Positions 1 to 11,215 of a DNA stretch of 64,000 nucleotides are shown in pieces. The notes beneath the pieces were generated by a model, which ran no database searches, had not been told where the DNA came from, and worked only from the letters and a program-made list of their open reading frames with translations. The translations under genes and the position numbers were made by a program. Positions within the stretch are counted from its first letter, which is position 1; each line of letters starts with the position of its first letter. The stretch lies in contig CAVQLU010000003.1 of NCBI GenBank assembly GCA_963713435.1, positions 524 to 64,523 of the forward strand, read 5' to 3'. The stretch comes from an uncultured Actinomycetes bacterium (GTDB lineage: Bacteria > Actinomycetota > Thermoleophilia > Gaiellales > JALYLC01).

Positions 1-1671
1 CAAAGCCGCCGTCGCGCACCGATCTGCTCCGGCGACGCCCGCGGCCACGAGCGGGTCGCTCGGCACCGCGAACGGCAGACGATCGATGACGACGCAGAAC
101 GCGGCACGCACGCACATCGACCCCCTGCCAGAAGCTCTGCGTCGCCAGCAGCGCCGAGCGCCGCGTCAGGCCCGGAAGGCCTGGAGCAGGCGCTGGCGGG
201 AGCCTCTCCCTCCGCGAGCGGCGGTGTAGGCGGCGAGCTCAGGGCGCCGAGGCCGGCGTGCACGCCGCCTCGGCGCAGCGCCAACTGGTGAAGGGCGAGA
301 GCCCGCCCGTCGCTGGCGCGCACGATCGCGGAGATGTGATCGGCGATGGCCTGATCCCAGCCCGCAGCGCGCGGTCGGGCGCGTCGCGGGGCAGGTAGAG
401 CCGCGCCTGCTCGGCGACATCGAACGGCGAGGCCAGCGCCGAGCTCGCTCGCGCCTGCGAGGCCGAGGCGCGCGCGCGTGTAGGAGGTCGCCGTCGAGGG
501 AGAGCGTGGCCGAGGTGAGCACCGCCGCATGCAGGCGGCCCCACGGTGCTCGCGGAGGAGCGGCGCCACCGGACCGGCGCCGGCGCAGCTCGGGGCCGCA
601 CCGCCGCGCTCGCTCCACACCACCGCCTGTTCCGGATCGGCGCCGAGGCACGCATCGAGGGCGACGCAAGGCGCTCTGCGCGGCGCGCGATCACGTCGCG
701 CTCCTCCCCCATGCCCCCCAGCTTCGCGTTTAGGCTGCCGAGCGCATGCCGCACGCTGGCCGCCTGCCTCGGCGCGAGGTCGCGCAGGTCGACCTCGGTC
801 AGCCGGGTGCCGCCGCGGCGGCGGGCAGCCGGGCGAAGGCGCGTGCGCGGCGCTCTCGAGCTCGTGCAGCAGCCGGGCGGGAGCGGTCGCGTTGTCGAGC
901 CGGCAGGCCCGCTCGCAATCGCGCCGCAGCTGCGTCACGTCGCGCAGCGAGAGGCGCGCTCCGAGCCACTCCGCCGCGGCGTCCTCCGGCTCGTGCGCCT
1001 CGTCGAAGCGAGGGCGTCGTGCTCGGGCAGCACGCCGATGGCGCCGTCCGAGGCGATGCGCAGGCCGAGGTCGGCGAAGTAGAGCGCGTGGTTGACGATC
1101 ACGACGTCGGCGTCGCTCGCCCGCTCGCGCGCCTCCTCGGCGAAACACGTCGCCGAATACGTGCAGCGGCTCCCAGACAGCGCTCGGGGCCGACCGCCAC
1201 CTCGGCCCAGGCGCCGGGCGGCGGCTCGTCGTCGAGCTCGGCGCGATCGCCGGTCACGTCGTGTCGAGCCAGGGGCGCAGCCGCGTGATCGCCTCGCCGT
1301 GCGAGGGATCGAACAGGCGCATGCCGAGCTGCGCCACCATGCGCCTGCAGGCGTAGTTGGAGCGGCCCTTGAGCAGCTCGGCCCGTATGGGCTTGCCGCG
1401 GGCCGCCGCGGCCGCGGAGATCGTCGCGCAGGAGCTGCGACTGCAGCGCCAGCGTGGCCGTCGACACGATCACGCGGCAGCCGGAGAGCGAGGCCGGGAC
1501 AAGGTAGCCGAGGCTCTTGCCTGTGCCCGTGCCCGCCTCGCAGACAAGCGTTCCGCCGCGCGCGAGCACCTGCTCCACGCCCTGTGCGAGGGCAAGCTGC
1601 GCCCGACGCTCGCGATACGCAGGATGCGCGCGGGCGAGCGGCCCGTCCGTCGCAAACAGCGGCTCGAGCAC
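1..1671 (-). CDS. dinG: ATP-dependent DNA helicase, DinG/YoaA family (3'-partial, multiply frameshifted)
   Basis: Q-motif-like YRERRAQ, Walker A EAGTGTGKS, IVSTATLALQSQL; fragments VLTSATL, SPFD, SFWQG, VVIDRLPF in shifting frames. GTG at 1671 lies 7 nt after TAGACT. Confidence 0.8.
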
Positions 1672-1738
1672 GCCGCCCAGTCTACGCGCCGGGTCGCACC
1701 GCACCCTGGCGAAGAGCCTGCGCAAATAGGATCCCTCG

Positions 1739-2693
1739 GTGCAGGCGACGCGCGAGCCCGGTATGTGGACGCGGCGGCGCGTGGCGACGCTCGTCCTCGG
1801 CTACCTCGCCGGACTGGGCGCGATGGTGCTCGTCAAGGGCGTCTTCCTCTCCGCCGACCGCTATTTCCTGATCCTGCTCGTCCCCGCCCTCGCGTTGCGC
1901 GTCGGGCGGGCTACGTGCGCGACTTCCTGCCCTTCGTCGCGCTCGTGCTGGTATACGAGGAGGCGCGCGGCGTCGCGCACCTCCTCCACCCGCATCCGTT
2001 CTACGAGCCGATGCTCACGCTCGACCGCTGGATCGGTTCGGTCAGGTCCCGACCATCCGGCTGCAGGATTGGCTCTGGCACGGGCATCTCGAGTGGTACG
2101 ACCACGCGTTCTCGCTGCTCGACCGGCTGCACTTCATCGTGCCCCCCACGCTGCTCTTCCTGATCTGGCTCGAGCGGCGCGAGGTCTTCTACCGCTGTGC
2201 GGCGACGCTCGTGGCCGTCTCGTTCGCGGGCGCGGCGACATTCCTCGCCTTTCCGGCGGCGCCGCCCTGGCTGGCGTCGAAGCACCGCCTGATCCCGCAC
2301 GTCGCGCGCATCGGCTACGTCGAGGGCGGGAGCTCGCCCGTTTCGACCTCGAAGTCGTGGATCGAGGCCGGCATCCTCTCCAACCCGGTCGCCGCCGTGC
2401 CCTCGCTGCACGCCGCCTACGCGTTGCTCGTGCTGCTGTTCGCCTGTGCCTGGCGCGGGCGGCAGGGGCTGTGGGCCGCGCCCTACACGCTCGGGATGTG
2501 GTTCACGGTCGTCTACCTGGGCGACCACTACGTCGTGGACATCGTGATCGGCGCCGCCTACGCGATCGCCGGCTGGCTGCTCATCCCGCGACTCCTGCGC
2601 GTGGGCCCGTTCCGCCGCCTGCTGGGGCCGTTTCCGCCTCCCATCCTGGTCGGCGCCGAGCAGCGAGGCGATGTTCTACGCTCGGGGCCATGA
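1739..2693 (+). CDS. PAP2-superfamily membrane protein (Aur1/IPC-synthase-like); frameshifted near 1910 and 2040
   Basis: FPAAPPW, AAVPSLHAAY and GDHYVVD motifs; multiple TM segments; TAGGAT 6 nt before GTG. Confidence 0.75.
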
Positions 2694-3628
2694 ACGACGT
2701 GCGTGACCTCATCATCATCGGCGGCGCCTGCGCGGGTCTGACGGCCGCCGTCTACGCGTCTCGGGCGAACCTCAAGCCGCTCTGCATCGAGGGATTCGAG
2801 GCCGGCGGCCAACTCATGATCACATCGGACGTCGAGAACTTCCCGGGCTTTCCCGAGGGCGTGCTCGGCCCCGATCTGATGGTGCGCTTCCGCGAGCAGG
2901 CCGAGCGCTTCGGCACCGAGTTCATCACCGATGACGTGACAGCCGTCGATTTCAGCGAGCGGCCGTTCCGGGTCTCGGTCGGAGGCGAGGTCCATCGCGC
3001 TCGTGCCGTGATCATTGCGACGGGCGCCTCGGCCCGTCAGCTCGGATTGCCCAGCGAGCATGCCCTGCAGGCCCGGGGCGTGAGCTACTGCGCCACCTGC
3101 GATGCGGCCTTCTTCCCCGACAAGAAGGTGATCGTCGTGGGCGGCGGGGACTCCGCGCTGGAGGAAGCGACCTACCTCACGAAGTTCGCGAAGGACGTCG
3201 TGCTCGTGCATCGCCGCGACGAGCTGCGCGGCTCCAAGATCATGCAGGACTACGCCAAGGCCAAGCCCAACCTCTCCGTGCTCACGCCGTACGTGGTCGA
3301 CGAGGTGCTGGGCGGCGAGGTCGGCAAGGTGACCGGCGCGCGCCTGCGCAACGCGGTCACGGGCGAGGAGCGCGTCGAGGAGTCGGACGGCTTCTTCGTC
3401 GCGATCGGGCACACGCCCAACACCGCGCTCTTCCGCGGCATCCTCGACATGGACGAGGCCGGGTACCTGCTCGTCGAGCCGGGCACGACGCGCACGAAGA
3501 TCGAGGGCGTCTTCGCCGCCGGCGACGTGGCCGATCACGTCTACCGGCAGGCCATCACGGCCGCCGGCTCGGGCTGCCAGGCCGCGCTCGACGCCGAGCG
3601 CTGGCTGACCCACAGCGACGCAACGTAG
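2690..3628 (+). CDS. trxB: Thioredoxin-disulfide reductase
   Basis: GGQLMITSDVENFPGF, GVSYCATCD, VVGGGDSALEEA, GDVADHVYRQAITAAGSG. Confidence 0.97.
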   Translation: MNDVRDLIIIGGACAGLTAAVYASRANLKPLCIEGFEAGGQLMITSDVENFPGFPEGVLGPDLMVRFREQAERFGTEFITDDVTAVDFSERPFRVSVGGEVHRARAVIIATGASARQLGLPSEHALQARGVSYCATCDAAFFPDKKVIVVGGGDSALEEATYLTKFAKDVVLVHRRDELRGSKIMQDYAKAKPNLSVLTPYVVDEVLGGEVGKVTGARLRNAVTGEERVEESDGFFVAIGHTPNTALFRGILDMDEAGYLLVEPGTTRTKIEGVFAAGDVADHVYRQAITAAGSGCQAALDAERWLTHSDAT

Positions 3629-3668
3629 CGAAACACGCCGTTAACGCTGCGGTTCTAGTCTTCGGGCA

Positions 3669-4137
3669 ATGGCGTACTTCATCTGCCCGAACTGCGGCGA
3701 CCGCTCGATGGACTCCGATGGCCGCGACGGACTCGGACACCAGGCCGTCGGCTGCTCGCGTTGCGGCTTCGGCTTCGTCTTCGAGCTGCTCGACGACTTC
3801 TATCCCGGGCCGAGCGCGGGCATGCTCGCGTGCGATCGCGAAGCCCGCATCCTGGCCGTCGGCAAGGGGGTTTTCGAGCTGACCGGCTTCCAGGAGGGCG
3901 AGCTGATCGGCAAGGACCTGCGCGAGGCGCTCACGCTGCGCAGACCCCGACGGCGAGGATCCCGTCGGCACGGTGCTCGAATGGGGCGTCCGCAAGCTCG
4001 ACCAGACGTTCGAGCTCAAGGGCCGCGCCGGCATCGTCAAGCTCGTGCGCGCCGACCTCTTTCCCGCCTACGACGAGGACGGCGGCCTGCTCGCCTGCCT
4101 CGCCCCGCACGCCAGCGCGCACGACAAGGACGACTGA
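3669..4137 (+). CDS. Zinc-ribbon plus PAS-like small protein (frameshift near 3940)
   Basis: CPNC..CSRC followed by PAS-like GMLACDREARILAV..FELTGFQEGELIGKDL; continues in another frame to TGA at 4137. Confidence 0.65.
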
Positions 4138-4335
4138 GAACTGGTCTAAGAACCGCGTCCTAGAGGGCTCGCCACGCCCTGAACGGCCCGAATACACCAG
4201 AGGTGTGATACCCGACTGCCGAGAAAGGATGAGGTTCCGGCATTTGGGAGCGTCCAACGCCAAACGGGTGATGTTTTCCGATCCCGAGGCCACCAAGGTG
4301 TGGCCGTGGACGCTTCCTCGCCCTCCCGTTTCCCG

Positions 4336-6552
4336 ATGCTCCGGCTGGCCGTGGTTCTGCTGGTCGCCTGCGTCGGATGCATCGCCGGCCCGGCCGTCGC
4401 GCAGGCCGACGACCTGATCCAGCTCAACGGCGACCCGCCGGTCACGTTCGCCGGCGGCTATGGCTACGGGCTGCTCTACCTCGACGGCACCGTGCGCCTG
4501 AACGGCGACACCGCGATCACCGCGACCGACGTCTTCATCGGCCCGGACGCGCAGTTCGACGGATGCGCCGAAGTCGGCTGCGTCAATGGCCATTCGCTCA
4601 CGATCAACGCCTCCGGCGGCGTCGCCATCTCCCCCGCCATCAGCCTCCAGGGCAAGACGGGGCGAACCGCGTCGGCGGCACGCTCGCCATCCACGCGGCG
4701 CGCATCACGCTCGGCGGCCCTGTCGACACCACCGGCACGCTGGCGCCTTCCGGCGCGATCTCGCTCGATTCGCCGGGTCTCGTGGTCACCCAGAGCCTGC
4801 GGGCGCCCGGAGCCGGCATCTTCGTGCACGGCGCGGGCGGTGTCCTGATCGGCGGCGATGTCACGAGCGCCGGGAGGAGCAAGCGTGAACGGCGGCGGAG
4901 TCGATCTCGCATCGGCCGGCGGCGACGTGAACGTGCTCGGCTCGATAGCGAGCGGCGGGGTCAACGGCGCGGCCGGAGTCTACCCGGCGGCGGTGGCCCC
5001 GTGACGATCGTGGGCGGCGACGTCCACATCTCGGGCGGCGTCGACTTCGCACGGCGGAACCGCAGTCGATACGGCGCCGGCCAAGCCGGCGCGGTGAGCC
5101 ATGAACGCCCGCGGGCGACTGGCGGTCGGAACGTCAGCTCCCAGGGAGGCGGCTCGACCAGCAATCTCAGCGCGCCGGGGGCCCCGTCAGCCTGGCGGCG
5201 GCCGGCGCCCTGACTGCCGGCAACATCAACGCCACAGGTGGCAGCAGCGCCGGCATCGGGCCACACGGCGGCGCCGTGACTGCCACCGGTGCGTCTCTGG
5301 CGCTTGGAGCGATCACGGCCGATGCGGGTGACGCGACCTCCGACCCCGTCAACGGCAGCGGGGAGAGCGGCGGCCCGGTGACCCTCAAGGCCACCGGAGT
5401 CGTGGGCACCGGCGCCATCTCGACGCGCGGCGGCAGCGGCCGGGCGCTCGGCGGAGGCGGCCCCGGCGGACCGATCAGCATCACGGGCGACCGCGTCTCG
5501 ACTGCGTCGATCACCGCACTCGGTGAGAACCTGAGCGCAGCGGCGGCAGCGTCACCGTCTCGGCCCAGAGCGGACTGGTCATCGCCGGCCCCGTCGACGC
5601 CTCGGGCGCCGCAGGTGGCAACGGCGGGCCCGGTGGCGCGGGCGGGCCCGATGTTCCTCGCCGCGGCGCACGGCCCCGCTCACGCTCGGCGGTCGCCTGC
5701 GCTCGGAGGGCGGAGCGGGAGCAGCCGGGTGCGCGCGGTGGCAACGGCGGCTCGATCGAGCTCGTCGTGCAGTCCATCGCATCGTCGACCGGCGTGCTCG
5801 CGGGCGGCGGCAACGGCGGCACCGGGGCTCCCGGCGGCAACGGCGGCCGCGTGCGCATCTGGGCGCAGCTCCCGTCCCTGATCCTCCTGCAGCTCGTCGA
5901 CACGACGGGCGGCACCGGCACCCCGGCCGGTATCGACGGCCTGCAGCAGGAAGAGTCCGCGCCCACCGCACTCTCGATCGCGCCAAGACGGGAACGCTCT
6001 CGTTCACGACGAATTCGCCCGACGCCGAGGGCTACCGCATCTTCGCGAGCCTCGCCGGCGCGCCCGCAAAAGCCGATCATGACGACCAAGACGGGCAGCG
6101 CCGTGCTGCCGAAGGTCGCTCCGTGCGTCAAGGCCGACTACACGCTCTCGGCGTTCATGACCGCCGTCGGCTGGCAGAGCGACCCCATCGGGCCTGTGAG
6201 CTTCATGGCGCCCCCGTCGGCCACGCAGGCCTGTACGGACGCCCCCCAGCTGACGTTCGGCGTGCAGAAGCTCAAGAAGAAGCTCAAGGCGCTCAAGAAG
6301 AAGAAGTGGAACGTCTCCCTGACCTTCCTGGCCGACGGCATGGGCAACGCGCACGTGGTGCTGTCGCAGAAGAAGAAGGTCATCGTCGCTGCCGACAAGC
6401 CGCTGGCTGCCGGCCGCCGTAACGTGACCATGAAGCTGTTGATCCCGAAGAAGCTGCGAAAGGCCGGGAAGTTCCTCGTGACGGTGACCGGCAGCGCGCC
6501 GCTCGGCAAGGCGCGGTCCAAGAGCACGCTCGTCCTGGAGGTAAAGAAGTGA
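4336..6552 (+). CDS. Large secreted Gly-rich beta-solenoid-like protein with Lys-rich C-terminal domain (several frameshifts)
   Basis: Signal peptide ending in AVAQA; recurrent GGxVxI/GGNGG units across frames; basic C-terminus (KLKKKLKALKKKK...LEVKK). Confidence 0.6.
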
Positions 6553-7469
6553 ACCGCCCGCTCCGTTCGCTCTGCATAGCCGCCGGTGCGCTCGCATTCG
6601 GCGCAGCCCCGGCCCTGGCCTGCGTCAACGTCGGCGTGTACCAGGACAAGCCCGCCTCGACGCTGCCCGCGCTGCAGAAGAAGGCGGGCAAGAACGTCAG
6701 GACGGTCTCGACCTACGTGACCGTCGGTCACGCGCTCGATCCCAAGCTGATCAAGCTCGCGCGCACGAAGGGCGTGCGCCTGCTCATCAGCTGGCTGCCC
6801 GACAAGGGCAGCGACTCGGCCAAGGCGCCCGGCTTCCGCCTCAGCGCCATCGCCGCGGGCAAGTTCGATCCGGAGCTGCGCGCGCTGGCCAAGCAGATCA
6901 AGGGTCTCAAGAAGGGCGCGATCCTGCGTCCGATGCCCGATCCCAACACGCCCTGGTACGCGTGGTCGGGCACCGTCAACGGCAACCGCCCCGGCGACTA
7001 CGCCCGCGCCTGGAAGCACGTGCGCAAGGTCGTGACGAAGGTGGCCGGCAAGAAGGTCAAGCTGCTCTGGAGCGTGTACGGGCGCAGCGTGCCGGACACC
7101 AAGGCCAACGCGATCAAGGTGTACTTCCCGGGCGCCAAGCAGGTCGATCTGGTGGGCGCCGACGCCTACAACTTCGGCAACGCGCAGGGCCTCACCTGGA
7201 CCGCGCCCGCCGACCTCTTCGCACCGGCCTACGGGACGATCCAGAAGCTCGCCAAGAAGCCGTTCTGGATCTCCGAGACGGGCTCCACCGCCAAGGGCGG
7301 CGACGAAGGCGCCTGGATCGGCGCGCTGGGGCAGTTGGGCAAGACCATGCCGAAGCTGGCCGGGGTCGTCTGGTACGACGTCCGCGACAGCACCGGCGAC
7401 TTCCGCGTGCCGCGCTCGGGTGCGGCCGCTGCCGCGTTCAAGGCGTTCGTTCGCGGCGCGTGCAAGTAG
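6549..7469 (+). CDS. Secreted GH26-like glycoside hydrolase
   Basis: Signal peptide; IAAGKFD, WYAW, YARAWKHV, YFPG..VDLVGADAYN, KPFWISETG. Confidence 0.8.
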   Translation: MNRPLRSLCIAAGALAFGAAPALACVNVGVYQDKPASTLPALQKKAGKNVRTVSTYVTVGHALDPKLIKLARTKGVRLLISWLPDKGSDSAKAPGFRLSAIAAGKFDPELRALAKQIKGLKKGAILRPMPDPNTPWYAWSGTVNGNRPGDYARAWKHVRKVVTKVAGKKVKLLWSVYGRSVPDTKANAIKVYFPGAKQVDLVGADAYNFGNAQGLTWTAPADLFAPAYGTIQKLAKKPFWISETGSTAKGGDEGAWIGALGQLGKTMPKLAGVVWYDVRDSTGDFRVPRSGAAAAAFKAFVRGACK

Positions 7470-7510
7470 GCATCCGCAGCCATGAGTTCCTCGTCGAGGG
7501 GGAGTAGCCG

Positions 7511-8976
7511 ATGAGTGTGACCAAGAAAAAGCCGCACAAGGCGCACAAGCCGGCCAAGGGCCCGACCGTCAAGGCCCGGAAGCACCGCCTGCACGTCCCG
7601 CCGGGCGGGGCGTTCAGCGGCTCGACGACGTCGATGTCGCAGGCCATGGTCGATCGCCTCTTCTGGCGCGCCGGCTTTGGCCCGACTGCCGCCGATCGCA
7701 CCGCCTGGATCGGCAAGCCGCTCGACGACGCCGTCGACTCGCTCCTGAACACGCCCCAGGGCGCGCTCATCGGACCGAATCCGACGCGCGACGGCAAGGC
7801 GCTCGACCCGACCGGCGACGACACCGATCTGGTGCTCTCGTGGGTCGACCGCATGGTGCGCACGAGCAATCCGCTGGTCGAGCGCATGACGTTCTTCTGG
7901 CATCGCCACTGGGCCAACTCGCGCGATGTCGGTCTCGCCGACGCAGCTGCTGCTCAAGCAGAACGATCTGCTGCGCAAGTACAGCGACCTCGCCGCGAAT
8001 CCGGATCGTGAGCTTCCGCGACATGGCGCTCGAGGTCACCAAGGACCCGTCCATGCTGCGCTACCTGAACGGCGAGTCCAACGTCAAGGGCGGCCCCAAC
8101 GAGAACTACGGCCGCGAGTTCGTCGAGCTCTTCACGCTCGGCGTGAACCACGCCATCACGGGCGCCAAGAACTACAGCGAGAACGATGTCGCGCAGCTCG
8201 CGAAGTCGTTCACCGGGTACTACCTCAACGACAAGGACCCCGACAACGTCCAGGTCATCTACGACGGCAACCGCTTCTACAACGGCCCGAAGTCGATCTT
8301 CGGCAAGCTCGGCAACTACAACACCGACAGCGTGGTCGACCTCGTGCTCACGCACGACAGCCACGCTCCGTACATCGTCAAGAAGCTGTGGGGCGAGTTC
8401 ATGCCCACACCGCCCCCCACGCCGGTGCTGCAGCAGCTCGCGGCCGACTACACCGCGGGCGGGCGCAAGATCAAGCCGCTCGTACGCAGCATCCTCACGA
8501 ACCCGCAGCTGTTCGAGTCGATCGACGAGCCGAACATGATCAAGCCGCCGGTCGTCTTCGTGAGCGGTGCGCTGCGCGCCCTCGGCCTGGGCGTGACCTC
8601 GTCCGGGCCGGCCGACTACATGGATTCGATGGGACAGCTCCCCTACTTCCCGCCCACCGTGGCGGGCTGGGAGGGCGGCCTGTCGTGGCTCAACACCAAC
8701 ACCGCCCTGGCGCGCTTCGGCTTCGTCGGGGATGTCATCGGCAACGCGCCGAACGGCTCTCCGGCCAAGGTCGTGGACGTTCCTGGCGAGACGCCGCAAG
8801 CGGCCTTCGACCGGGCCTACGGCGCCGTGGGATCGCCCTGGATGTCTGCCGGCACACGTGCGGCCGTCCTGGACTACGCCACGCGCGCCTCGGTCAAATC
8901 CAGCACTGACCGCATCGCCCGCCAGGTCATGCTGCGCACGCTCATGCTCGCGGGCCCAGACGCACAGGTGATGTGA
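7511..8976 (+). CDS. DUF1800 family protein (compensating frameshifts ~7927-8005)
   Basis: RAGFGP, PLVERMTFFWHRHWA, DPSMLRYLN, PNENYGREFVELFTLG, MGQLPYFPPTVAGW. Confidence 0.9.
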
Positions 8977-8977
8977 A

Positions 8978-10466
8978 ATGACGATTCAGAGCGAGATCCA
9001 GGCGCTCAAATGCGCCGACTGCGCCCGCTCCGACAGCGCCGTCTCCGACCTGAAGCCCGATTCGCTGCTGCCGATCCCGGCAGACGCCCTCTCGGGCTGG
9101 CGCGAGGGGCTCCCTGGCAGCACCGGTGTCACGCGCCGCAAGCTGCTGCGCAACGGCGTGCTCGGCTTCGCGGCCGTCTACGGAGCGTCGCAGCTCTCGT
9201 TCGAGGACGTCTGGGAGTCGGCGGTCGCGCAGGCGGCCGAGCCGATGGGCAAGAGCATCGTCGTCATCTACCTGAACGGCGGCAACGACGGACTCAACTG
9301 CTTCGTGCCCCAGGACGCCACGCAGTACGGGCAATACAAGCTGCTCCGGCCGACCATCGCACGCGTGCAGGGTCCAGGTACCGGCACCGCCGTCGGCACG
9401 ACGATCATGCCGGGCACCAACAACGCGCTGGGCTTCTCCAACAAGCTCGTCTCCGGCACGGCCGCCGACCAGAACGGCGACACGAAGGGCTTCGACACGC
9501 TCTACGGCGACGGCACGGGTGGCGCGGGATCCGATCTCGCGATCATTCCGGCCGCCGACTACAACCCGCCCAACCGCTCGCACTTCGAGAGCCGCGACTA
9601 CTGGTTCGCCGGTGCGCTCTCGCAGCTGCAGACGGGCTGGCTGGGCCGCTGGCTGGATGCCTACGGCTCGCAGTCGAATCCGCTCCAGGCCGTCTCGCTC
9701 GACTCCAACCTCTCCAAGCAGATCCGCTCGGCCACGGCGCCCGTGTGCGCACTCGAGGGCCTGCAGGGCGTCGGCTTCCGTGTGCCGGGCGTGACGGGCG
9801 ACGTGAACAGCGAGATCGGCAAGCTGGCGACCGTGCCGGCCGGGGCGGGGAACGACTCACCTCGCGCGCTCGCGCGGCATGATGGGGCTGACCGTGGACG
9901 TCGCCAACCGGCTGACGAGCATCCCCGGCGCGGCTCCCGGCCCGGGCTACCCGCCCAACAGCGGCCTCTCGCAGAAGCTGCAGCTGGCGGCCACGCTGCT
10001 CTCGGCAGGACTCGGCACGCGCATCGTCACGATCGACTGGGGCAGCTTCGACACGCACGGCGACCAGCTCGCGGGACAGGATCCGCAGCTGGCGACGCTC
10101 TCCCGCGCGCTCGCCGCATTCAAGGCCGACCTGACGACGCGCGGCGTCGAGCAGAACGTGATCACGATGGTCTTCTCCGAGTTCGGGCGGCGCCTCGAGG
10201 AATCCGACTCGGCCGGTACCGATCACGGCTCGGGCGGCCCGATCATGCTGAGCGGCTCGTCCGTCAGGGGCGGTCTGGCCGGTGAGCACCCGGGAGTGAA
10301 TGTCAATCAGGACGGCGACCTCGTCGTCAAGACCGACTTCCGCACCGTCTACCAGTCGCTCATCGCCGAGTGGCTCGGCGGCGACCCGAACGCCATCCTG
10401 CCGGGCGGTCCCTTCCCGGGGATCCAGCGCGCCGACGGCGGGACCACGCTGACGAAGGCCGCCTAG
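8978..10466 (+). CDS. DUF1501 family Tat-exported protein (frameshift ~9860)
   Basis: TRRKLL twin-arginine motif, LNGGNDGLN, NRSHF, GWLGRWLD, FDTH, FSEFGRR, GTDHG, TDFRTVY. Confidence 0.9.
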
Positions 10467-10487
10467 CGCCCTCGTAGGCGCAGCGGG

Positions 10488-10904
10488 ATGATTCGCAGGC
10501 CGCTCTACCTCGCCCTCCTGGTGCTCGCTCTCGCGGCGGTGCCGGGAGCGGCGGGGGCGGCCGGCGAACGCGTCCACCGCTTGCACGTGCCGCCGCCGAC
10601 CGCTGCGGCGCTGCCGCAATCGCTGGCCGTGGACGAGTTCGAATGGGGCATGCGCGGCACGCACCTGCAGGTCGCAGCGGGCACGCTGCGGATCCACGTC
10701 TACAACCGCGGCATGGACGACCACGACCTCGCAGTCGTCGATGCCCACGGCCAGCTGCACACCGTGCCGCTCGCCTCGGGCGCGGACGCCGTGCTCAACG
10801 TCGACGTCGCCGCAGGCCCCGTCAAGCTCTACTGCTCGCTCTTCGCCGGCACGCCCGACTCGCACGAGGCCAAAGGCATGCTGTTCGACGTCACAGCGCG
10901 CTGA
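10488..10904 (+). CDS. Secreted cupredoxin-like blue copper protein
   Basis: Signal peptide; NRGMDDHDL and LYCSL..SHEAKGM give a His/Cys/His/Met type-1 copper ligand set. Confidence 0.75.
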   Translation: MIRRPLYLALLVLALAAVPGAAGAAGERVHRLHVPPPTAAALPQSLAVDEFEWGMRGTHLQVAAGTLRIHVYNRGMDDHDLAVVDAHGQLHTVPLASGADAVLNVDVAAGPVKLYCSLFAGTPDSHEAKGMLFDVTAR

Positions 10905-11178
10905 TGCTGCGCTCGACGTAGACCTGGAGCGCTGCGAGTGCCTCCAGTTGCTCGCGCCGGCGAGCCAGCAGGGCCTCGTCGGCTCCGCTCGCATCGACGG
11001 GCGCCAGCACGCCCAGCGACTCGAGCAGCAGCGAGCGGCCGGCGCCGAGATCGGCTCGGGCGTCCCGCTCGAGCGCGGCCCAGGTCAGGCGCAGACGCGC
11101 CGCCGCCAGCTCGTCGGCGAGCCGGGATGCGTGACGTGCCAGCCGGTCGGCATAGAGCTCGAGGTCGAGACGATCCAT
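10891..11178 (-). CDS. Hypothetical small helical protein
   Basis: ORF MDRLDLELYADRL...; TAGCCT 7 nt upstream of ATG. Confidence 0.55.
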   Translation of the reverse strand: MDRLDLELYADRLARHASRLADELAAARLRLTWAALERDARADLGAGRSLLLESLGVLAPVDASGADEALLARRREQLEALAALQVYVERSISAL

Positions 11179-11215
11179 GCTTGCGAGGCTAGGTGCGCCG
11201 TCTGCGACCTCGCGG

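Noticed and set aside
1739..3628. Apparent membrane protein-TrxB fusion (likewise eno-pyk, metG-tatD and addA-nth fusions in the ORF track)
   Set aside because: Artefacts of open upstream frames; each downstream gene has its own start at an ATGA/GTGA overlap.
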